From: the human T2T-CHM13v2.0 reference genome, Homo sapiens
Length of the DNA stretch: 64,000 nt
Assembly: GCF_009914755.1 (NCBI RefSeq)
Contig: NC_060934.1
Direction: 5' to 3' (one strand)
Shown: piece by piece, positions 56,550 through 64,000 of the stretch
How positions within the stretch are numbered: position 1 is the first letter of the stretch
Layout of the letters: each line of letters starts with the position of its first letter
Made by a program: the position numbers and the translations under genes
The notes under the pieces: model-generated
What the model was told of the DNA's origin: nothing
What the model saw: the letters and a program-made list of their open reading frames with translations, nothing else
Database searches by the model: none

Positions 56550-58910
56550 TTGTTTGTTTGTTTGTTTTTTTTAATTTATTTATTTTTTTTTATTGATCAT
56601 TCTTGGGTGTTTCTCGCAGAGGGGGATTTGGCAGGGTCATAGGACAATAGTGGAGGGAAGGTCAGCAGATAAACAAGTGAACAAAGGTCTCTGGTTTTCC
56701 TAGGCAGAGGACCCTGCGGCCTTGGCCTTCCGCAGTGTTTGTGTCCCTGGGTACTTAAGATTAGGGAGTGGTGATGACTCTTAACGAGCATGCTGCCTTC
56801 AAGCATCTGTTTAACAAAGCACATCTTGCACCGCCCTTAATCCATTTAAACCTGAGTGGACACAGCACATGTTTCAGAGAGCACAGGGTTGGGGATAAGG
56901 TCACAGATCAACAGGATCCCAAGGCAGAAGAATTTTTCTTAGTACAGAACAAAATGAAAAGTCTCCCATGTCTACTTCTATCCACACAGACCCGGCAACC
57001 ATCCGATTTCTCAATTTTTTCCCCACCCTTCCCGCCTTTCTATTCCACAAAACCGCCATTGTCATCATGGCCCATCCCCAATGAGCCGCTGGGCACACCT
57101 CCCAGACGGGGTCGTGGCCGGGCAGAGGGGCTCCTCACTTCCCAGTAGGGGCGGCCGGGCAGAAGCGCCCCTCACCTCCCGGATGGGGCGGCTGGCCGGG
57201 CGGGGGGCTGACCCCCCCACCACCCTCCCGGACGGGGCGGCTGGCCAGGCAGAGGGGCTCCTCACTTCCCAGTAGGGACGGCCGGGCAGAGGCGCCCCTC
57301 ACCTCCTGGATAGGGCGGCTGGCTGGGCGGGGGGCTGTCCCCCCCACCTCCCTCCCGGACGGGGCGGCTGGCCGGGCAGAGGGGTCCTCACTTCCCAGTA
57401 GGGGCGGCCGGGCAGAGGCGCCCCTCACCTCCCGGACGGGGCGGCCGGCCGGAAGGGGGGCTGACCCCCCCCACCTCCCTCCCGGACGGGGCGGCTGGCC
57501 GACCCCCCCCCTCCCCGCCTCCCTCCCGGACGGGGCGGCTGGCCGGGCAGAGGGGCTCCTCACTTTCCAGTAGGGGCGGCCGGGCAGAGGCGCCCCTCAC
57601 CTCCCGGACGGGGCGACTGGCCAGGCGGGGGGCTGATCCCCCCACCTCCCTCCCGGACGGGGCGGCTGGCCAGGCGGGGGGCTGACCCCCCCCACCTCCC
57701 TCCCGGACGGGGCGGCTGGCCGGGCAGGGGGCTGACCCCCCCTCCCCCCTCCCGGACGGGGCGGCTGGCCGGGCGGGGGGCTGACCCCCCCACCTCCCTC
57801 CCGGATGGGGCGGCTGGCCAGGTGGGGGGATGACCCCCCCACCTCCCTCCCGGGCGGGGCGGCTGGCCGGGCAGAGGGGCTCCTCACTTCCCAGTAGGGG
57901 CAGCCAGGCAGAGGCGCCCCTCACCTCCCGGATGGGGCGGCTGGCCAGGCGGGGGGCTGATCCCCCCACCTCCCTCCCAGACGGGGCGGCTGGCCGGGCG
58001 GGGGGCTGACCCCCCCCACCTCCCTCCCGGACGGGGTGGCTGCTGGGCGGAGACGCTCCTCACTTCCCAGACGGGGTGGTTGCCGGACGGAGGGGCTCCT
58101 CACTTCTCAGACGGGGCGGTTGCCAGGCAGAGGGTTTCCTCACTTCTCAGACGGAGCGGCCGGGCAGAGACGCTCCCCACCTCCCAGACAGGGCTGCGGC
58201 CCAGCAGAGGCGCTCCTCACATCCCAGACAGGGCGGCGGGGCAGAGGTGCTCCCCACATCTCAGACGATGGGCGGCCGGGCAGAGACGCTCCTCACTTCC
58301 TAGATGGGATGGCGGCGGGGAAGAGGCGCTCCTCGCTTCCCAGATGGGATGGCGGCCGGGCAGAGACGCTCCTCACTTTCCAGACTGGGCAGCCAGGCAG
58401 AGGGGCTCCTCACATCCCAGACGATGGGTGGCCAAGCAGAGACGCTCCTCACTTCCCAGACGGGGTGGCGGCCGGGCAGAGGCTGCAATCTCGGCTCTCC
58501 GGGAGGCCAAGGCAGGCGGCTGGGAGGTGGTTGCAGCGAGCCGAGATCACGCCACTGCACTCCAGCCTGGGCACCATTGAGCACTGAGTGAACGAGACTC
58601 CATCTGCAATCCCGGCACCTCGGGAGGCCGAGGCTGGCGGATCACTCGCGGCTAGGAGCTGGAGACCAGCCCGGCCAACACAGCGAAACCCCGTCTCCAC
58701 CAAAAAAAAACGAAAACCAGTCAGGCGTGGCGGTGCGCGCCTGCAATCGCAGGCACTCGGCAGGCTGAGGCAGGAGAATCAGGCAGGGAGGTTGCAGTGA
58801 GCCGAGATGGCAGCAGTACCGTCCAGCCTTGGCTCGGCATCAGAGGGAGACCGTGGAGGGAGACGGAGAGGGAGAGGGAGAGGGAGAGGGAGAGGGAGAG
58901 GGAGAGGGAG
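56550..58910 (-). mobile_element. Full-length SVA retrotransposon (probably SVA_E)
   Basis: On - strand: (CCCTCT)n 58856-58910, Alu-like ~58480-58855, GC-rich VNTR ~57096-58480, SINE-R ~56590-57095, poly(A); TSD GTATAACTTTTT (56538) / GTATAACATTTT (58911) at a TT/AAAA site. Confidence 0.97.
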
Positions 58911-59146
58911 GTATAACATTTTAACAAAGGAGAAATTTCCAAAATATTCGAAGAATACCCATTAAAATATGTAAAAAGCAAAACCTAACTGGAAAACAAG
59001 CAAATGGTTTGAACAAGCAAATCATGGAAGAAAAAGTGTAAATGTCCAATACATTTGAAAAATTGCATGTATAATTTAGTACAGAATGTAAGCTGCTACA
59101 AGAAAATGATCTCACATAGGGACTCAATAAAAATAGACGTTTATAG

Positions 59147-59272
59147 AGCTGGGCATGGTGGCACACACTTGTAGTCCCAGCTACTTGGAAGACTGAGGTG
59201 GGAGGATTGCTTTAGGCCAGGAGTTCAAGGCCAGCCTGGGCAACATAGTGAGACTCCAGTCTCTTAGAAAAA
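59147..59272 (+). mobile_element. FLAM/Alu monomer
   Basis: Single arm with TGTAGTCCCAGCTACT and A/AT tail. Confidence 0.88.
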
Positions 59273-59299
59273 TATATATATATATATTTATTGCTCTCT

Positions 59300-59575
59300 C
59301 TCACATAATAGATGGCCTCTGCACCACAAAACAGTCAGTTGGGCTGGTAGGGAAGCTTTGCCATTCTTACTATACGGCCTTCAACAATGCTCTGGTCAGC
59401 ACTTTTCCAGCTGCTGGAAAGAGGAAAAGGGGAAGACCAAGGCAAGCTTTCATCCCATTGGCCTGAACTAAGTCACATGACCACAGCCAGCTGCAAAGGC
59501 AGCTGGGAAATGTAGTCTTTAACCACTAAAAGGAAGAAGGTCGATACTAGAGGACAGTTAGAGATATCTACCATA
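59300..59575 (-). mobile_element. MLT1-type (MaLR) LTR fragment
   Basis: CCATTGGCC...AGTCACATGACCACA...GCTGCAAAGGCAGCTGGGAAATGTAGTCTTT. Confidence 0.7.
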
Positions 59576-60946
59576 ATGCAAAGAAAAGTAAATTAAAACA
59601 GTACAAAGCCATTTCCAGTCAGATTGTCAAACATGTTTAAGTTTTATAGTATGAAAACTGACAAGAACAAAAGGAAACAAATATCCCAATATATTATTAC
59701 AGAGGGTATAAGTTCAAGAGAGTTTGGCAACATCGCTCAAACTTAACACATCTACACGTGAATCTGAAATTCTCTTTAAACAGACTTACCACATAGGAAT
59801 TCTTACACTTGTTCTAAAAAAGAATGCACAGGTGTATTCATCGCAGCATTGTCTGTTACAGGAAAAAAAAAGAAAGAAACTTAAATGTCCATCAATAGAG
59901 GAAATAATCTTAAATTCTGACATAATTCCTTCTATAGAAAGGAAACTAGCTCTAGGATATACAGCAAACTGGAAGAGCAAGATACACAATAATATACAAA
60001 TGATACTATTCATAGGACAATATATAATTGTCCTACGAATATACTAGTACATATGAAACCACATGGAAATAAAATAGGAATTATGCTCACCAAACAGCAG
60101 TAACTTATCCCTAGAGCAGGGAGATGAGTGTGCTAGAAAGAAGGCAAACTTTATTGTTTTCTATCCACTTAATAATTATTTTAATATTTTACAGTAAGAA
60201 TGTTTTCATGTATTCCACTTTTTTAAAAAACAAAAGACAGGGAATGAAAAGAAACCAAATTGGGGAAGGAGAGTGTACTAATAAAACAAAAAAGTGAAGA
60301 GATATAATACAATGGTAGTATCAATGGTGAAATTAAAACTGATTTTTCTCTCCAATTTTTCTGCAATAGTTTATTTGTTTTTGGAATAAAAATTTTTTTT
60401 AACTTGTCTCTGAGCTGGACAGTAAACTGACTGAGTGCCTGGTATTTCTCCAACTCACTTCCTGAAAGTAGCCTCGCTCTTCTGAATAGAAACCAACAGA
60501 CCTATGTACCTTTGGGAAAAAGGATGAGGACTTTTCTACTGCATTTTAGGATGGTTTCCACAAAGTAGTTAAGTAAATTTGCTCTTTCATCTTTTCAGAT
60601 TATCATTTAATCTTAAAACCATGTGGTGATGATAAAGATGACGATGACAGACTTTGTAGCTACAGGAGGAAATGTTCTTGACGATTTTAAGTAGAATAAA
60701 AAAAGGAAGAAACAAAACTGTAGACTCTAATTACACACGAACAAAGTTAACAAATATAACTCAAAGAAAAAGTAGCTCCCTGAATGTTTCTGAGGTAGAG
60801 TGATGGGATTATGAATTTTTTTTGGTCAATATATCCTTTAAGATTGCTCTAAGAATAGATAAAAATCAATGATGGAGCAGGGGAAACAGGCAGAAAATAA
60901 GTGGGAAACAATTTCCCTGGAATACAATAAAACAGACAAATTCTGA

Positions 60947-61356
<410 letters not shown>

Positions 61357-63089
61357 TAACCCACAATGATTTGGAATACAGACAACTCTATTTTATAGGA
61401 AAACCTTTCTAAATCCCTACAACACACAGAGTATGAAGCCATCAGCCACCACAAAGAGAATTAATTGCTACAGAGCATCTCTTAGGGCCAGGCTGGTTGC
61501 CACAGCTGAACATAAAATGTCCGTCTTCATAAAGCACTGTCCACTCCTACCACTTTGTTAACAGGTCAGCTCTCAGCACTTTGAGATTCCCCAGAGGACA
61601 GAAATTATTTTGTTTTCTTACAAATATACTGCTTAGAAACTCCTGAAATTCCAAGACATTTTTCTTAAGAATTAGAGATGCCAGCGATAATTTTCAGACT
61701 CTACAACCTCTGTTAAGGTTCTCAGCCAACTACTAAACAATACCATTTGCAATTTGCAGTCTTTTAAGCAGATTGCAAACCATGTGACTGTTTCTAATTC
61801 CAAGCCATCTTAAATTTCACTAGTAAAATTTCCAAACACTGTTTGAAATGTGTTGCTAACATTTACGCATATAACATCTACTGCATTTCCTCTAATTTAA
61901 AAACTATCAAAATAAGCTGCAAAATGTTGCCCAATATAACTTTTTTTTCTGCTAAACACTCTCTGCTTGAAACTCACAGCTTCATTATGTTACTGGTCAT
62001 CAGCCAGTTCTCTCCATTCCCTTACCATTCATTCAAAAACATCAATGTTAATTTCACATATGAATATTCTCAAGATAACACTCATCTTTATAATGTATCT
62101 TCTCCTTAACTTCCTGTGCTATCTTCCATGATAGCACATGAAACACAGGTTTCAACAGGTAAGGGGTAGGCTAAGCCCCAATTTTAGAGCTCACCTGCCC
62201 TGCATCATCTAGATGGCTATTCTCCACCAACCCCAGCTCATCACAAGTGGGCCAGGAATAGAAGTTATTGCAAGTGGGCCAGGAATAGAACTTAGGGGTG
62301 GCCAACATAGTGTAATCAAGGGTCACAGCCCAATAGAGTAAAAAACTGGGAGAGAAGGACAAGATCAACTTTCTGAAAGGGGAAAGTCTTGAGCCTAAGC
62401 CAGCAAGAATAGTTACCAAAGTCAATCCCTTTGAGAATAAGAATTGAGAGGTGGATTCAAAGAGTAAGGCCAAAACTGAATTAACTGAATTAAAGCTCCA
62501 ACAATGCCAGAACAATTGAACAGTTACTAGAATCACCTTAATGGGGGCCTTGGAATTATCTTTATGAACCAATTGACACCTGGTGCATGACTTAAAAGCA
62601 TACGCTTTAAAAGATGAATAGATCCAAACTTTAGTATGAAGTAGATCTTCCACAACTGATGACACCTGCTTCACAAACTATAAATTTTCTCTTTCCCTTT
62701 TCAAAAATTAATTATACAGAGAACCACTTGCCCAATTAGAAGCAGTCCAACATATCCCTCTTGAGGTATCCTCTCTCTACCTCCTCCACCTCCACTACCT
62801 ACGGACCACTTGGAAGCTTACCCAGGTTAAAGTGCTGCAGGCTCTTTCTCATGCCAAGCTGAGAGAAGGCTACAACAGCTCCCATGGCACTGGCAAGGAC
62901 TCAGGAAAACGGGCATTCTCATACATGGCTAAGAAAAGTTTCACATTCTACAGCATTTTAAAAAAGTTATCTGGCAATAGCTCTTGACTTACAAAATGCA
63001 CGTACATTTCACACAACAGTCCAACTTATAGGACTCCACCTTATAAGAACTAAAAGAATTAGCCCACAAGAACATATGTACAAGAATGT

Positions 63090-64000
<911 letters not shown>

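Noticed and set aside
57065-58800. Many overlapping Pro/Gly/Arg-rich ORFs and CpG-island-like composition
   Set aside because: All from the SVA VNTR and Alu-like domains; not a gene promoter

Overview
Human (primate) genomic DNA. The first ~23.6 kb is the 3' end of COL13A1 (transmembrane collagen XIII) on the + strand: eight small phase-0 coding exons spelling the end of COL3 and NC4 (...GLDAPCPL|GEDGLPVQGCWNK), then a terminal exon that starts with the TGA stop. A ninth, intact exon at 18450-18527 is a paralogue of the 17384-17470 exon and looks like a mutually exclusive alternative. An intronic 49-bp element present in two copies (19849-19897, 20046-20094) is complementary to the donor regions of these last three coding exons, suggesting splicing control by competing RNA pairing. 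The rest is intergenic and repeat-rich: many Alus, MIR/L2, old L1, a full-length SVA on the - strand, and an ERV (MER50-like) transcript retrocopied by L1 (R-U5-PBS...U3-R-polyA with a 13-bp TSD). The listed ORFs are almost all repeat-derived or chance. Repeat subfamily names come from recalled consensus sequences, not from a search.
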